A stretch of 44,516 bases of DNA from the NCBI RefSeq assembly GCF_041747255.1, contig NZ_JBGTFM010000154.1, forward strand, positions 1-44,516, written 5' to 3'. Source of the DNA: Blastomonas sp. GTDB taxonomy: Bacteria; Pseudomonadota; Alphaproteobacteria; Sphingomonadales; Sphingomonadaceae. A program made the position numbers and the translations under genes. The notes under the pieces were generated by a model that saw nothing but the letters and a program-made list of their open reading frames with translations, was not told the origin of the DNA and did not search any database. How positions within the stretch are numbered: the stretch's first letter is position 1; each line of letters begins with the position of its first letter. Positions 1-11,270 of this stretch are shown here, one piece after another.

Positions 1-1
1 T

Positions 2-100
2 GCGGGGAGCGCAACCGCTCGCCGCCTGCTCGATGACCGGCTGCTTGACCGCCTCGACCGACAGGCGTCGGCCGAACTGGCGGAGGAAAATGGGCAATGA
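2..100 (+). CDS. 3' end of gene upstream of ftsI (FtsL-position protein), partial
   Basis: Open frame AGSATARRLLDDRLLDRLDRQASAELAEENGQ* ends in TGA 98-100, overlapping the ftsI ATG (ATGA). Identity is inferred from dcw synteny only. Confidence 0.55.
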   Translation, partial: AGSATARRLLDDRLLDRLDRQASAELAEENGQ

Positions 101-1878
101 CCGCACTGGTTTCGGCAAGCCGCCGGGTCCGGCTGGCCAGCAAGCGCCAGCGACTGGCGGTGACCGCCCGGATGCGTCTGACCCTGGTACTGGCGGTGTT
201 CGGGCTGGGCATGGCGTCGATCCTGATGCGCCTGACCTTCATCGGCGTGTTTGGTGAGCAGGCGCAGGCGGCATCGCGATCCTCGCATGTTGATCCGGGT
301 CGCGGCGACATTGTCGACCGCAACGGCGTGCCATTGGCGCGCACCATCCAGGGCTACGCCATCCGCGTCGTGCCCGAGCGGCTGATCGGGGATCGTAAGG
401 CGCTGGCCGCCTCGCTCTCCGAGATTTTCCCTGATACCAGCGAGGCGCGCTTCCTCGCTTTGCTGAACAACAAGAAGCCCACCTATTTGCGCCGCCGCGC
501 CGTTCCCGAAGAGGTCAACAAGGTGCATATGCTGGGCGAGGTCGGCATCGAATATCCACGCGAGCAGGAACGCTTTTACCCGCAGCTGCAACTCGCCGCG
601 CACGTGCTGGGCTATGTCGGTCATCCTGAGCGGAAAAATGCCGCTGGCCAGATGGTGCCTTCGGTTGCCGAAGAGGGCATGATGGGCATGGAGCGCGCGC
701 TCCAGAAGCAGCTTGTCGATCCGGTGCAGCGGCTCACCCCGGCGGCGCTCTCGATCGATATCCGCGTGCAGGCGGCGCTGGAAGACGAGCTTGGCCGCGC
801 GATGAAATCTTATGACGCCAAGGCCGCTGCCGGCATCGTGCTGGATGTCGATACCGGCGAGGTGATGGCGATGACGTCGCTGCCCAGTTTCAACCCCAAC
901 CGTTTCGATGCCAGCAGCGCGCCGTTTGAGGCCAATCAGGTCACCTATCGCTTTTTCGAACTGGGATCGACGTTCAAGCCGCTGACTGTTGCGGCGGCGA
1001 TCGATGCGGGTACTGTCACTGATCTGTCGCGGCGCTATGACGCGACCGCACCGCTTAAGGTGGGCGGCTTCCAGATCCGCGATTTGCATTCGCAGCGCCG
1101 CTGGCTCAACGTGCCCGAAACATTGATCCACAGCTCGAATATCGTGACCGCGCGGATTGCCGACGAGCTTGGCCCCGAGCGGTTTCAGAAGGTCATGCGC
1201 GATCTGCACTTTGACCGGCCCGCCGAGATCAACCTGCACGAACGCGCCAAGCCGCTGTGGCCTGCAAACTGGGGACGGCTGACCAACATGACCGTCGGCT
1301 ATGGCCATGGCATCGCGGTGTCGCCGCTGCATCTGGCGAGTGGCTATGCGGCAATGGTCAACGGCGGACTCTACCGTCCCGCAACGCTCGTCAAGCTCGA
1401 CCCCAGGGAGGTGCCGCGCGGCGACCAGGTGTTCAAGCCGGCAACCAGTGCGCGGATGCGACAGTTACTGCGGATGATTGTCAAGGATGGCACCGGGCGC
1501 AAGGCCGATGCGCCGGGGTTCCGGGTCGGGGGCAAGACCGGATCGGCTGAAAAACCGGGTGCGGGCGGCTACAAGCGCAGCTCGGTGGTTGCGACCTTCG
1601 CTGCGGTCTTCCCGATGGATGCGCCGCGCTATGTCGTGCTGATCATGATCGACGAGCCTGCGGGCAATCAGGCGTCATCATTCCAGCGCACTGCCGGTTG
1701 GACAGCAGCGCCGGTGGTGGCGCGGCTGGTGCCACGCATCGGGCCAATGCTCGACATCATCCCCGATGACCGGCGCGATGTCGATGTGTCTGAACTGATG
1801 CCGCTGCTGTGGAAGGCCCCGGTCAAGGCGCAGGCCACCGTCAAAGCCAAGCCCAAGGCAAATAATGATGATGGCTGA
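97..1878 (+). CDS. ftsI: Peptidoglycan D,D-transpeptidase FtsI (PBP3)
   Basis: N-terminal TM helix, RGDIVDRNG dimerisation motif, catalytic STFK (SxxK), SSN (SxN) and KTG motifs; first position in dcw cluster. Confidence 0.95.
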   Translation: MTALVSASRRVRLASKRQRLAVTARMRLTLVLAVFGLGMASILMRLTFIGVFGEQAQAASRSSHVDPGRGDIVDRNGVPLARTIQGYAIRVVPERLIGDRKALAASLSEIFPDTSEARFLALLNNKKPTYLRRRAVPEEVNKVHMLGEVGIEYPREQERFYPQLQLAAHVLGYVGHPERKNAAGQMVPSVAEEGMMGMERALQKQLVDPVQRLTPAALSIDIRVQAALEDELGRAMKSYDAKAAAGIVLDVDTGEVMAMTSLPSFNPNRFDASSAPFEANQVTYRFFELGSTFKPLTVAAAIDAGTVTDLSRRYDATAPLKVGGFQIRDLHSQRRWLNVPETLIHSSNIVTARIADELGPERFQKVMRDLHFDRPAEINLHERAKPLWPANWGRLTNMTVGYGHGIAVSPLHLASGYAAMVNGGLYRPATLVKLDPREVPRGDQVFKPATSARMRQLLRMIVKDGTGRKADAPGFRVGGKTGSAEKPGAGGYKRSSVVATFAAVFPMDAPRYVVLIMIDEPAGNQASSFQRTAGWTAAPVVARLVPRIGPMLDIIPDDRRDVDVSELMPLLWKAPVKAQATVKAKPKANNDDG

Positions 1879-1962
1879 GCGATGAAGGACGGGCGGGCTT
1901 GCATCTCGCAATATGCACCATAGAGGAGGCAGGGATTTTCAGGGTCGGTAAAGGGTGTTGCG

Positions 1963-3390
1963 ATGAAATTGGGTGAACTGACAGCCGGACTGTCTGACGC
2001 CGATGCCGCGCACACGGTTACCGGCTTTGCCATCGATCACCGGAAGGTCGCGCCCGGCACCGTGTTCGGCGCGTTCGCCGGTGCCCGCTTCAATGGCGAG
2101 GATTTTATTTCCACAGCGGTCGCATCAGGCGCGGTAGCGGTGGTGGCGGTGCCGAATGCGCAGGTGACTGGCGCGGTGCACATTGCCGACGCCGAACCGC
2201 GCCGTGCCTTTGCGCAGATCGCGGCGCGGTTTTTCACGCCAGTGCCCGCAACGGTCGCTGCCGTCACCGGCACCAACGGCAAAACATCGACCGCAGAGAT
2301 GACCCGCCAGCTGTGGCACATGGCCGGGCACAGCGCCGCCTCGATCGGGACCTTGGGGGTCACCACCTCGGTCGATCAGGTGTCGACCGGGCTGACCACG
2401 CCCGACATCGTCACCTTCCTCGGCAATATGTCCGGGCTGGCGCGCGAGGGGGTCAGCCACGCGATCTTTGAGGCATCGAGCCACGGCCTGTCGCAATATC
2501 GCACCGAAGGCCTGCCGGTGCAGATCGGCGCGTTTACCAACCTCAGCCGCGACCACCTCGACTATCACGGCGACATGGACAGCTATTTCGAGGCCAAGAT
2601 GCGGCTGGTCGATGAGGTGGTGGTCGATGGCGGCGCGTTTGTCGTCTGGGCCGATGACGACTGGTCCGCCAAGGTGGTCGCGCGCGCGCAGCAACGCGGG
2701 CTCGCGGTGATGACCGTGGGCCACGATGGCGATGCGATCCGCCTGATCGACCGCGTACCGACGCAGCTTGGCCAGAAGCTCAAGGTCGTGCATCAGGGCA
2801 AGGAGTGGATGCTCAACCTGCCGCTGATCGGTGCGTATCAGGCCGCCAACGCGCTGGTTTCGGCAGGCATCGTGCTGGCGAGCGGCGAAGACCCCAAATC
2901 AGTGTTCGATCACGTCCAGCGTTTGCAGCCGGTGCGCGGGCGGCTGGAGCGCGCGGTAATTTCGCGCACGGGCGCGCCGGTCTATGTCGATTATGCGCAC
3001 ACCCCCGATGGGCTGAAAGCCGCAATCGAAGCGCTGCGTCCACATGTAACCGGCAAGCTGATCACGTTGTTCGGCGCAGGCGGCGACCGCGACACCGGCA
3101 AGCGGCCCGAGATGGGCAAGGTCGCCAGTGACCTGTCTGACGTGGTGATCGTGACCGATGACAATCCGCGCTCGGAAGATGCTGGCCTGATCCGCGCCGC
3201 CATTATTGCCGCTGCGCCGGGAGCCATCGAGATCGGCGAACGCCGCGAGGCGATTGCCGAGGCGGTGGCGATGGCAGGCGCGCATGACATCGTGCTGCTC
3301 GCGGGCAAAGGGCACGAGCTTGGCCAGATCATCGGCGACCGTGTGTTGCCGTTCGATGATGTGCAGGTGGCGCGCGAGTGCGCGGCGTGA
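1963..3390 (+). CDS. murE: UDP-MurNAc-Ala-Glu--meso-diaminopimelate ligase
   Basis: GTNGKT P-loop, LTTPD, EASSHGL, DYAHTPD and the DNPR mDAP-specificity motif. Confidence 0.96.
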   Translation: MKLGELTAGLSDADAAHTVTGFAIDHRKVAPGTVFGAFAGARFNGEDFISTAVASGAVAVVAVPNAQVTGAVHIADAEPRRAFAQIAARFFTPVPATVAAVTGTNGKTSTAEMTRQLWHMAGHSAASIGTLGVTTSVDQVSTGLTTPDIVTFLGNMSGLAREGVSHAIFEASSHGLSQYRTEGLPVQIGAFTNLSRDHLDYHGDMDSYFEAKMRLVDEVVVDGGAFVVWADDDWSAKVVARAQQRGLAVMTVGHDGDAIRLIDRVPTQLGQKLKVVHQGKEWMLNLPLIGAYQAANALVSAGIVLASGEDPKSVFDHVQRLQPVRGRLERAVISRTGAPVYVDYAHTPDGLKAAIEALRPHVTGKLITLFGAGGDRDTGKRPEMGKVASDLSDVVIVTDDNPRSEDAGLIRAAIIAAAPGAIEIGERREAIAEAVAMAGAHDIVLLAGKGHELGQIIGDRVLPFDDVQVARECAA

Positions 3391-3620
3391 GCGTGATCAA
3401 CCGCGACTACCCCTCCCCCTCGACGGGGTGGACAGAGTCACGTGCCTCTGTCCACGGCTGCGTAGACTTGTCAGCTTGTCTGCCTAGTCGAAGCCGGGAG
3501 AGGGTGAAGGCGGCTGGGCGCGACGGTTGTTGTGCAGCCGCTTCCCCCTCTCCAAGACTTGCCAGGCAGCAAGCTGCCAGGCCAAGTCTTTCCTCTCCCG
3601 CAAGGGGAGAGGAAGGATGA
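3387..3620 (+). other. Putative repeat-encoded 77-aa bridging ORF between murE and murF
   Basis: GTG 3387 overlaps the murE stop (GTGA). The frame stays open through the palindromic element and ends at TGA 3618-3620, overlapping the murF ATG (ATGA). No protein family recognised. Confidence 0.35.
3411..3614. repeat. Palindromic intergenic element (CIR/RIME-like, non-autonomous)
   Basis: Two inverted arms share AGACTT..CAGCTTG.CTGCCT..AGTC..GGAGAGGG. Perfect hairpin GTGGACAGAG/CTCTGTCCAC at 3428-3455; terminal hairpin TCCTCTCCC-GCAAG-GGGAGAGGA at 3591-3613; central pairing CGGCTG/CAGCCG. Confidence 0.85.
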
Positions 3621-5032
3621 CATTGTGGACCTCCGCCGAGATCGCGACCGCCACCGGGGGCACAGCCAGCGCTGACTTCTCCGTCACCGGGGTCGCGTTC
3701 GACTCGCGCGAGATCACCCCCGGCGACCTGTTCATCGCGATGGTGGGCGAGGAGACCGACGGCCACCGCTTCATCGACAGAGCGATGGCAGCGGGCGCGA
3801 CAGGGGTGATCTGCCAGCAGCCTGTGGAATATCCGCATGTGCTGGTCACCGACAGTGCCGCCGCGCTCACCGCGCTTGGCCGCGCGGCGCGTGACCGCAG
3901 CGACGCAGTGATCATCGGGGTCACCGGATCAGCGGGCAAGACCGGCACCAAGGAGGCGCTGTTTCAGGCGCTCGACCGGATGAGCTTTGGCGGCGCGCAC
4001 CGTTCGGTCAAAAGCTACAACAACCATGTCGGCGTGCCGCTCAGCCTCGCCCGGATGCCGCGCGATGCGCGCTATGGCGTGTTCGAGATGGGGATGAACC
4101 ATGCAGGCGAGCTCGCCGACCTGACCCGCATCGTTCGGCCCCATATTGCGATCATCACCACCATCGCGCCTGCGCATATCGGCCATTTTAGCGGCGAAGA
4201 GGCCATCGCCGATGCCAAGGCCGAGATTTTCGAGGGGCTTGTCGACGGCGGCACCGCGATTGTGCCCCACAACAACGCGCATTACGAGCGGCTGTTTGCG
4301 GCGGCCTCGGCTCACGCCGCGCACGTCATCCGCTTCGGATCAAGGCCGGACAGCGAGGCAAAGCTGATCGACACCATCCGCGCGACAGGCGGCGGGTCGC
4401 TGGTCACCGCGCAGATCGGCGAGGCGCGGCTGTGCTTTCGCGTCGCCCCTCCCGGCGACCACTGGGTGATGAATGCGCTGGCGGTGATGGCCGCAGTCGA
4501 TGCGGCGGGCGGCGATCTGGCGGTGGCAGGTGTAGCGCTCGCTGAACTTCCGGGCATGGCGGGGCGTGGCGCGCAAACCCGTATTGCGACGCCAGATGGC
4601 GGCACCGCATTGCTGATCGACGAGGCCTACAACGCCAACCCGGCATCGATGCGGGTGACCATCGAGGCGCTTGGGCAGGAACCGGTCAAGCGGCGCATCG
4701 TGGTGCTCGGCGCGATGAAGGAACTTGGCGCGGGCAGCGCGGGCTATCACGCCGGGCTGATTGAGCCGATTGTCGCTGCCGATGTGACCCATGCGATCCT
4801 GGTGGGCGATGAAATGGCTCCACTCGCCGATGCGCTCGCCAAATCGCTTGTCTGGCAGGGGCAAATCACGCATGTGCCCGCCGCTGGGGTTGCGTTGGAC
4901 GTTCTCTCGCCGCTGTTGTCTGATGGCGATGCGGTGCTGGTGAAGGGGTCCAATGCGATGGGGTTGAGTAAGCTGGTGCGTGCGCTTGCCGAGCCGCGCC
5001 ACGAGCCGGTTGCCGCGCGAGAGGGGTTCTGA
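3617..5032 (+). CDS. murF: UDP-MurNAc-tripeptide--D-Ala-D-Ala ligase
   Basis: [36 protein letters not shown] and VKGS motifs. Start moved from 3527 to ATG 3617 (MTLWT) behind GGAGAGGAAGG. Confidence 0.95.
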   Translation: MTLWTSAEIATATGGTASADFSVTGVAFDSREITPGDLFIAMVGEETDGHRFIDRAMAAGATGVICQQPVEYPHVLVTDSAAALTALGRAARDRSDAVIIGVTGSAGKTGTKEALFQALDRMSFGGAHRSVKSYNNHVGVPLSLARMPRDARYGVFEMGMNHAGELADLTRIVRPHIAIITTIAPAHIGHFSGEEAIADAKAEIFEGLVDGGTAIVPHNNAHYERLFAAASAHAAHVIRFGSRPDSEAKLIDTIRATGGGSLVTAQIGEARLCFRVAPPGDHWVMNALAVMAAVDAAGGDLAVAGVALAELPGMAGRGAQTRIATPDGGTALLIDEAYNANPASMRVTIEALGQEPVKRRIVVLGAMKELGAGSAGYHAGLIEPIVAADVTHAILVGDEMAPLADALAKSLVWQGQITHVPAAGVALDVLSPLLSDGDAVLVKGSNAMGLSKLVRALAEPRHEPVAAREGF

Positions 5033-6102
5033 TGCTGTATCTGCTGGCACAATATCTGGATTTTGAGGGGCCGCTGAACCTTATCCGCTATTTGAGTTTC
5101 CGTTCGGGCGCGGCGATCATCACTGCGCTGTTCATCGGGATGGTTATCGGTCCGCGCTTCATCGTGATGTTGCGGCTGCGCCAGGGCAAGGGTCAGCCGA
5201 TCCGCGAAGATGGTCCGCAGACCCATCTTGCCAAGCGTGGCACGCCGACGATGGGTGGGCTGATGATCCTGATTTCGCTCAGCATTTCGTTGTTGCTGTG
5301 GATGGACATGAGCAGTGTTTTCGTCTGGGCCTGTCTGGCGGTGACATTGGGTTTCGGGCTGATCGGGTTCCTTGATGATTATGACAAGGTGCGCAAGGCG
5401 AGCCACAAGGGCGTCTCGGGCAAGGTGCGGCTGGCAGCCGAGTTTCTTATCGCCGGGGTCGCGAGCTGGGTGATCCTCAACGAAACCGGCACGATGCTCT
5501 ATGTGCCCTTCCTCAACTATCCGCCGTTTGATCTGGGCTGGTTCTACATCCTGTTCGCGGCGTTCACGATTGTCGCATTTGGCAATGCGGTGAACCTCAC
5601 CGACGGGCTTGATGGGCTGGCGACCTTTCCGGTGATCATCGCCAGCCTGACCTTTCTGGTCATCGTCTATCTGGCGGGCAACGCCAAGTTCGCGGCCTAT
5701 CTGGGCATTCCGCACGTGGTGGGCGCTGGCGAGCTGGCGATCCTGTGCGGGTGCATCATCGGCGCGTGCCTTGCATTTCTGTGGTTTAACGCGCCCCCGG
5801 CGGCGGTGTTCATGGGCGATACCGGCAGTCTGGCCCTCGGCGGGGCTTTGGGCGCAATTGCGGTTGCCGCGCATCACGAAATCGTGCTCGGCATCGTCGG
5901 CGGGCTTTTCGTGATCGAGGCGATGTCGGTGATCATCCAGGTGTTCGTGTTCAAGCGCACCGGCAAGCGTGTGTTCCGCATGGCCCCGATCCACCATCAT
6001 TTCGAGCAGCTGGGCTGGCCCGAATCGACGGTGGTGGTGCGCTTCTGGATCATCTCGCTCGTGCTCGCGCTCGCGGGTCTTGCGACGTTGAAAATCCGGT
6101 GA
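5032..6102 (+). CDS. mraY: Phospho-N-acetylmuramoyl-pentapeptide transferase
   Basis: [32 protein letters not shown] and MAPIHHHFE motifs; multiple TM helices. Confidence 0.97.
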   Translation: MLYLLAQYLDFEGPLNLIRYLSFRSGAAIITALFIGMVIGPRFIVMLRLRQGKGQPIREDGPQTHLAKRGTPTMGGLMILISLSISLLLWMDMSSVFVWACLAVTLGFGLIGFLDDYDKVRKASHKGVSGKVRLAAEFLIAGVASWVILNETGTMLYVPFLNYPPFDLGWFYILFAAFTIVAFGNAVNLTDGLDGLATFPVIIASLTFLVIVYLAGNAKFAAYLGIPHVVGAGELAILCGCIIGACLAFLWFNAPPAAVFMGDTGSLALGGALGAIAVAAHHEIVLGIVGGLFVIEAMSVIIQVFVFKRTGKRVFRMAPIHHHFEQLGWPESTVVVRFWIISLVLALAGLATLKIR

Positions 6103-7442
6103 TCGTCTCGCAAGCCTTTACCGCGAAACGCTATTGCATCCTCGGGCTGGCGCGCTCGGGGCTGGCGACGCTCGACGCGCTGATGGCATCGGGCGCGCAG
6201 TGCACCATCTGGGACAGTCGCGAAGAGGCGCGCGAGGCGGCGCTCGCATGCCACCCCGACGCGGTGGCCGGCGACCCGATGGAGATTGACCTTACCGGCT
6301 TCGACGGCCTGATTGTCTCCCCCGGCGTGCCGCTGAACCGCCACCCGGTGGCCGACCGTGCGCGCGCCGCCGGGGTCGCGATCATCGGCGATATTGAGCT
6401 GTTCGCGCTTGCCCGGCCCTGCCTCCCGCCGCACCGGGTGGTCGGGATCACCGGAACCAACGGCAAATCGACCACCACCGCGCTGATCCACCACATCCTG
6501 CATGTCGCAGGTGTGCCCGCTGCCATGGGCGGCAACATTGGCCTGCCTATTTTGTCGCAGGCACCGCTTGCCGCCAATGGCAGCGCCACCGGCGTTTATG
6601 TGCTTGAGCTGTCGAGCTATCAGATCGACCTGACCTTCAGCCTCGATTGTGACGTCGCGGTGCTGCTCAACATCACCCCCGATCATCTTGACCGCTATGA
6701 TGGGTTCGCAGGCTATTGCGCATCAAAGGCCCGGCTATTTTCAATGCAGCAGGGTGATCACCCCGCCGTAATCGCGTGCGACGACGAGCCGAGCTGTGCG
6801 ATTGCCGCAAGCCTGAACCATGTGATCACGGTCCACGCCGCCGATATCAACCCCGCAGATCAGGCCGCATGGCCCAGCCTGCAGGGACCGCACAACGCGC
6901 AGAATGTCGCGGTGGCGCTCGCGGTGACCGAGGCGCTGGGGGTGGATGCAGCCAAGGCGCGCGCTGCGCTGGCCAGCTATTCCAGCCTGCCGCACCGTAT
7001 GGAGCGCGTCGCCGAACACAATGGCGTGCTGTATGTCAACGACAGCAAGGCGACCAACCCGGCCTCGACCGCGCCCGCGCTTGCCGCCTATCCGCGCATC
7101 CACTGGATCGTTGGCGGGCTGCCAAAGGGCGACAGCCTTGATGAATGCGCGCCGTTTTTCGGCCATGTGGTTGAGGCCTATACGATTGGCGAGGCCGGGC
7201 CGGTCTTTGCTGACCAGCTTGGCGCCCACATGCCGGTGACCCGCGCCGAGATGATGGACACGGCGGTGCGCGCCGCGATGGCGAATGCCTTGCCGGGCGA
7301 TACCGTGCTGCTGTCGCCCGCCTGCGCATCGTTCGACCAGTTCCGCGATTTTGAGGCGCGTGGCGACAGTTTCCGCCAGATCGTCGCGGCTTTGGTCACG
7401 GCGCAGACCGAGGACGCCCGAGCAAAGGACAATGTGCGATGA
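6099..7442 (+). CDS. murD: UDP-MurNAc-L-Ala--D-Glu ligase
   Basis: [38 protein letters not shown] and [11 protein letters not shown] motifs; GTGA overlap with mraY. Confidence 0.96.
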   Translation: MIVSQAFTAKRYCILGLARSGLATLDALMASGAQCTIWDSREEAREAALACHPDAVAGDPMEIDLTGFDGLIVSPGVPLNRHPVADRARAAGVAIIGDIELFALARPCLPPHRVVGITGTNGKSTTTALIHHILHVAGVPAAMGGNIGLPILSQAPLAANGSATGVYVLELSSYQIDLTFSLDCDVAVLLNITPDHLDRYDGFAGYCASKARLFSMQQGDHPAVIACDDEPSCAIAASLNHVITVHAADINPADQAAWPSLQGPHNAQNVAVALAVTEALGVDAAKARAALASYSSLPHRMERVAEHNGVLYVNDSKATNPASTAPALAAYPRIHWIVGGLPKGDSLDECAPFFGHVVEAYTIGEAGPVFADQLGAHMPVTRAEMMDTAVRAAMANALPGDTVLLSPACASFDQFRDFEARGDSFRQIVAALVTAQTEDARAKDNVR

Positions 7443-8674
7443 ATGATCTCACCGCCGGTACCATGCCCGAAACGCAGCCGGCGGTGGCACGCCCCTATCA
7501 GCTGCCGCGCAGCCTCGGCCGACGTCTGGGCCGGTCAGACCGTTCGCAGCTGGCGATCTGGTTCTGGGAGCTGGACCGGGTGTTGCTCACGTTGATCCTC
7601 GTGCTCGTCGCCATCGGGCTGATCGCGGTGCAGGCGGCATCGCCCGCATCGGCGCGGCGCTTGTCCACGCCCGATGAAACGCTCAACCCGCTGTATTTTT
7701 TCTATCGCCAGCTGGGCTGGGTCACCGTGGGTCTGGTGGCGATGTTCATCGTCTCGATGCTGCCCAAGCGCGAGGCGCGGCGGCTGGCGATCATCATGAC
7801 CGGCATATTTCTGGCGCTGCTGGTGCTGGTTCCCGTGTTCGGTTCGGAAATCAACGGGTCGAAGCGCTGGATCGGCTACGGTCTGACGCTGCAGCCGTCG
7901 GAATTCCTCAAACCCGCCTTTGCGGTCACACTCGCGTGGATTCTGTCGTGGAAGATCAAGGACCCAAGCCTGCCGGTGATGACGGTGTGCATCTTGCTGA
8001 CCGCGTTTGTCGCGGTGCTGTTGATGCGCCAGCCCGATCTTGGCCAGACCATCGTCTTCATCGGCATCGCTTTCACCCTGCTGGTGCTGGCCGGGCTGCC
8101 GCTGCAGGTGGTCGGGCTCGGGCTGGGCGCGGGCGCGCTGGGCATGACCGCAGCCTATTTTCTCTATCCCGTCGCGACGCAGCGGATCAACGGCTGGCTG
8201 TTTGGTGGCGGCGAATACGATCAGGTGATGTTCGCGCACAAGACGCTCACCGGTGGCGGGCTGATCGGCACCGGGCCGGGGCTGGGCAGCAACAAGTTCA
8301 ACCTGCCCGAAGCGCACACCGACTATATCTTTTCGGTGATCGGCGAGGAGTTCGGGTTGCTTGCCTGCGCGGCGATTGCGCTCGTGTATTTCGCCATCAT
8401 CGTGCGCGTGTGCCTTCGCCTGCTTGAGGAACGCGACCTGTTCACGATCATGGCGGTGGCCGGGCTCACCGCGCAGTTCGGCGGGCAGGCGTTCATCAAC
8501 ATCGCGGTCAACCTGCAGCTGTTCCCGTCAAAGGGCATGACCTTGCCATTTATCAGCTATGGCGGATCGTCGATGATCGCGCTGAGCATCGGCGTGGGAT
8601 TGCTGTTGGCGCTCACCCGTCGTAACCCGTTCCAGGACCGATCCATGCTTGGGTCCGAATGGAGCAGACCATGA
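7439..8674 (+). CDS. ftsW: SEDS peptidoglycan polymerase FtsW
   Basis: QPSEFLK, QPDLG, LPEAHTDYIFSVIGEEFG and LPFISYGGSS motifs; ATGA overlap with murD. Confidence 0.95.
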   Translation: MNDLTAGTMPETQPAVARPYQLPRSLGRRLGRSDRSQLAIWFWELDRVLLTLILVLVAIGLIAVQAASPASARRLSTPDETLNPLYFFYRQLGWVTVGLVAMFIVSMLPKREARRLAIIMTGIFLALLVLVPVFGSEINGSKRWIGYGLTLQPSEFLKPAFAVTLAWILSWKIKDPSLPVMTVCILLTAFVAVLLMRQPDLGQTIVFIGIAFTLLVLAGLPLQVVGLGLGAGALGMTAAYFLYPVATQRINGWLFGGGEYDQVMFAHKTLTGGGLIGTGPGLGSNKFNLPEAHTDYIFSVIGEEFGLLACAAIALVYFAIIVRVCLRLLEERDLFTIMAVAGLTAQFGGQAFINIAVNLQLFPSKGMTLPFISYGGSSMIALSIGVGLLLALTRRNPFQDRSMLGSEWSRP

Positions 8675-9861
8675 CCATCACCCGCCACTATGTGCTCGCC
8701 GCTGGCGGCACCGGGGGTCACCTGATCCCCGCTTTTGCACTCGCGCGTGAGCTGCAGCAGCGCGGCCATCATATCGCGCTTATCACCGATGAGCGCGGCG
8801 CGAAGATTCCCGGCGTGTTCGAGGGCGATCAGGTCCACATCCTGCCGCCGGGGCGGATTGCCGGCGGCCCGATGGGCTGGCTGCGCGGCATGAAGGGCAT
8901 CTGGGCGGGGCGCAGGATGGCGCTCAACCTGTTCGAAACCTTCCAGCCCACCGCTGTGATCGGCTTTGGCGGATACCCCGCGCTGCCCACCTTGCTGGCG
9001 GCACAAAAGGCGGGCATCCCGACGATCATTCATGAACAGAACGCGGTGCTGGGCCGGGTCAACCGCTTTATGGCGGGCCGGGTGAACGCGATTGCCACCG
9101 CCTACAAGCAGGTCGACCGGCTGGACCCCAAGCACAGCCACAAGTTGCACATTGTTGGCAACCCGGTGCGTGAAGAGGTGCTCGACCTGCGCGGCCAGAA
9201 CTATCCGCCGCTGCTTGAGGACGGGGTGTTCCGCGTGCTTGTCACCGGCGGCAGCCAGGGCGCGCGCATATTGTCAGAGGTGGTGCCCGACGGGCTCGCC
9301 ATGCTGCCGGTCAATCTGCGCCGCCGCCTGCAGGTGGTGCAACAGTGCCGCGAGGAAGACATTGACGGCGTGCGGGCCAAATATGCCGAGTTCGGCATTC
9401 CGGCGGAGCTCGCCACCTATATGAACGATCTGCCCGCCAAGCTGGGCTGGTCGCATCTGTTTATCGGCCGCGCGGGCGCATCGACGATTGCCGAGCTGAC
9501 CGTGGCCGGGCGGCCCGCGATCCTGATCCCGCTGCCCATCGCCACCGATGACCACCAGAGCGCCAATGCGCGGGAGATGGTCAAGGCAGGCGGTGCACGT
9601 TCGATCCGGCAGGAGGCATTCACGCCCAAGGAACTTGCCAAGCAGATCCAGAAGATGGCGCTCGATACGCAGGCGCTGGAGAATGCCGCGCTTGCCGCGC
9701 ATACCTGCGGTTACCCCCACGCGGTGCGTGACCTTGCCGATCTGGTCGAGAGCTTTGGCGCTGCGCCGCTTGCCGACATCATCCGTGTCGCGCCCTCTGC
9801 GAAGGGGCATGCGATCGGTGGCGAGGCACTCGCCCGCGAAACAGAAAGAGCAGAAGCATGA
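8671..9861 (+). CDS. murG: Lipid II GlcNAc transferase MurG
   Basis: GGTGGH, GFGGY, HEQN, GNPVR, GGSQGA and RAGASTIAE motifs. Start placed at ATG 8671 (ATGA overlap with ftsW). Confidence 0.96.
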   Translation: MTITRHYVLAAGGTGGHLIPAFALARELQQRGHHIALITDERGAKIPGVFEGDQVHILPPGRIAGGPMGWLRGMKGIWAGRRMALNLFETFQPTAVIGFGGYPALPTLLAAQKAGIPTIIHEQNAVLGRVNRFMAGRVNAIATAYKQVDRLDPKHSHKLHIVGNPVREEVLDLRGQNYPPLLEDGVFRVLVTGGSQGARILSEVVPDGLAMLPVNLRRRLQVVQQCREEDIDGVRAKYAEFGIPAELATYMNDLPAKLGWSHLFIGRAGASTIAELTVAGRPAILIPLPIATDDHQSANAREMVKAGGARSIRQEAFTPKELAKQIQKMALDTQALENAALAAHTCGYPHAVRDLADLVESFGAAPLADIIRVAPSAKGHAIGGEALARETERAEA

Positions 9862-11270
9862 AGGGCGTCGGCATCGACATCGGCACGATCCATTTTATCG
9901 GTATCGGCGGCATCGGCATGTCGGGCATTGCCGAGGTGATGCACAATCTGGGCTACAAGGTGCAGGGCTCGGACATCGCAGAAAGCTATGTCATCGATGG
10001 TCTGCGCAAGCGCGGCATCAACGTGATGATCGGCCACACCGCCGAGAATCTGGGTGACGCCGCCGTGGTTGTCACCTCGACCGCGATCAAGCGCGGCAAT
10101 CCCGAGGTTGATCTGGCGCTGGAAACGCGTGTGCCGGTGGTGCGCCGCGCCGAGATGCTCGCCGAACTGATGCGGCTCAAGTCCACCGTCGCGATTGCCG
10201 GAACGCACGGCAAGACGACCACGACATCGATGGTCGCCGCGATGCTCGATGCCGGCGGCATCGACCCGACCGTGATCAACGGCGGCATCATCAACAGCTA
10301 CGGATCGAACGCACGGCTGGGCGCGAGCGAGTGGATGGTGGTTGAGGCCGACGAAAGCGACGGCAGCTTCCTGCGGCTCGACGGCACGATTGCGGTGGTC
10401 ACCAACATCGATCCTGAACATCTCGACCATTATGGCAGCTTCGATGCGGTCAAGGACGCGTTTGTCGAGTTCGTCGAGAACGTGCCCTTCTATGGCGCAG
10501 CGATCCTGTGCCTCGATCATCCCGAAGTGCAGGCGATCCTGCCGCGCGTCAGGGACCGGCGGATCGTGACCTATGGCTTTTCCGCGCAGGCCGATATCAA
10601 GGGCGAGAACGTCACCCCGATCCCCGGCGGCAACCGCTTCGACGTGACGGTGCGCGAGCGCGATGGCTCGATCCGGCAGATTGCGGGTATCGAACTGCCG
10701 ATGCCGGGACGCCACAATGTGCAGAACGCGATTGCGGCGATTGCGGTCGCGTTGCAGATGGGCATGGCCGACAGCGACATCGTTACCGGCTTTGCCAAGT
10801 TCGGCGGGGTCAAGCGGCGCTTCACCAAGGTGGGTGAAGTCGACGGCATCACCGTCATTGATGATTATGGCCACCATCCGGTTGAAATTCGCGCGGTGCT
10901 TGCTGCCGCGCGCGAGGGCGCGGAAAACCGCATCATCGCGGTCGTGCAACCGCACCGCTATTCGCGGCTGGGCGATCTGATGGATGAGTTCCAGCAAGCG
11001 TTCAACGATGCCGATGTCGTCTATGTCGCGCCCGTCTATGCGGCCGGCGAGGACCCGGTCGAGGGCGTCGATGCCGATGCGCTGACCAGCGGCCTCAAGC
11101 AACGCGGCCATCGGCAGGCACGCACGATCAGCGGCGCGGATGAGCTGGCGGATTTGTTGGCTGAGGAGGCAGAGCGCGGCGACATGGTCGTGTGCCTGGG
11201 TGCGGGTGATATCACTAAATGGGCGGCGGGGCTTGCTGATGCGATAGCTACGCGGAGGGTGACTGCGTGA
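9858..11270 (+). CDS. murC: UDP-MurNAc--L-alanine ligase
   Basis: [25 protein letters not shown] and DDYGHHP motifs. Confidence 0.97.
   Translation: MKGVGIDIGTIHFIGIGGIGMSGIAEVMHNLGYKVQGSDIAESYVIDGLRKRGINVMIGHTAENLGDAAVVVTSTAIKRGNPEVDLALETRVPVVRRAEMLAELMRLKSTVAIAGTHGKTTTTSMVAAMLDAGGIDPTVINGGIINSYGSNARLGASEWMVVEADESDGSFLRLDGTIAVVTNIDPEHLDHYGSFDAVKDAFVEFVENVPFYGAAILCLDHPEVQAILPRVRDRRIVTYGFSAQADIKGENVTPIPGGNRFDVTVRERDGSIRQIAGIELPMPGRHNVQNAIAAIAVALQMGMADSDIVTGFAKFGGVKRRFTKVGEVDGITVIDDYGHHPVEIRAVLAAAREGAENRIIAVVQPHRYSRLGDLMDEFQQAFNDADVVYVAPVYAAGEDPVEGVDADALTSGLKQRGHRQARTISGADELADLLAEEAERGDMVVCLGAGDITKWAAGLADAIATRRVTA

Noticed and set aside
1895-1930. CTTGCA...CCATAG as an internal murE promoter
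   Set aside because: Spacing does not fit sigma70 and only loosely fits RpoH; too weak to call.
3527-3616. N-terminal extension of MurF from the TTG at 3527
   Set aside because: It lies inside the palindromic element. ATG 3617 has an SD-like sequence and matches the expected MurF N-terminus.
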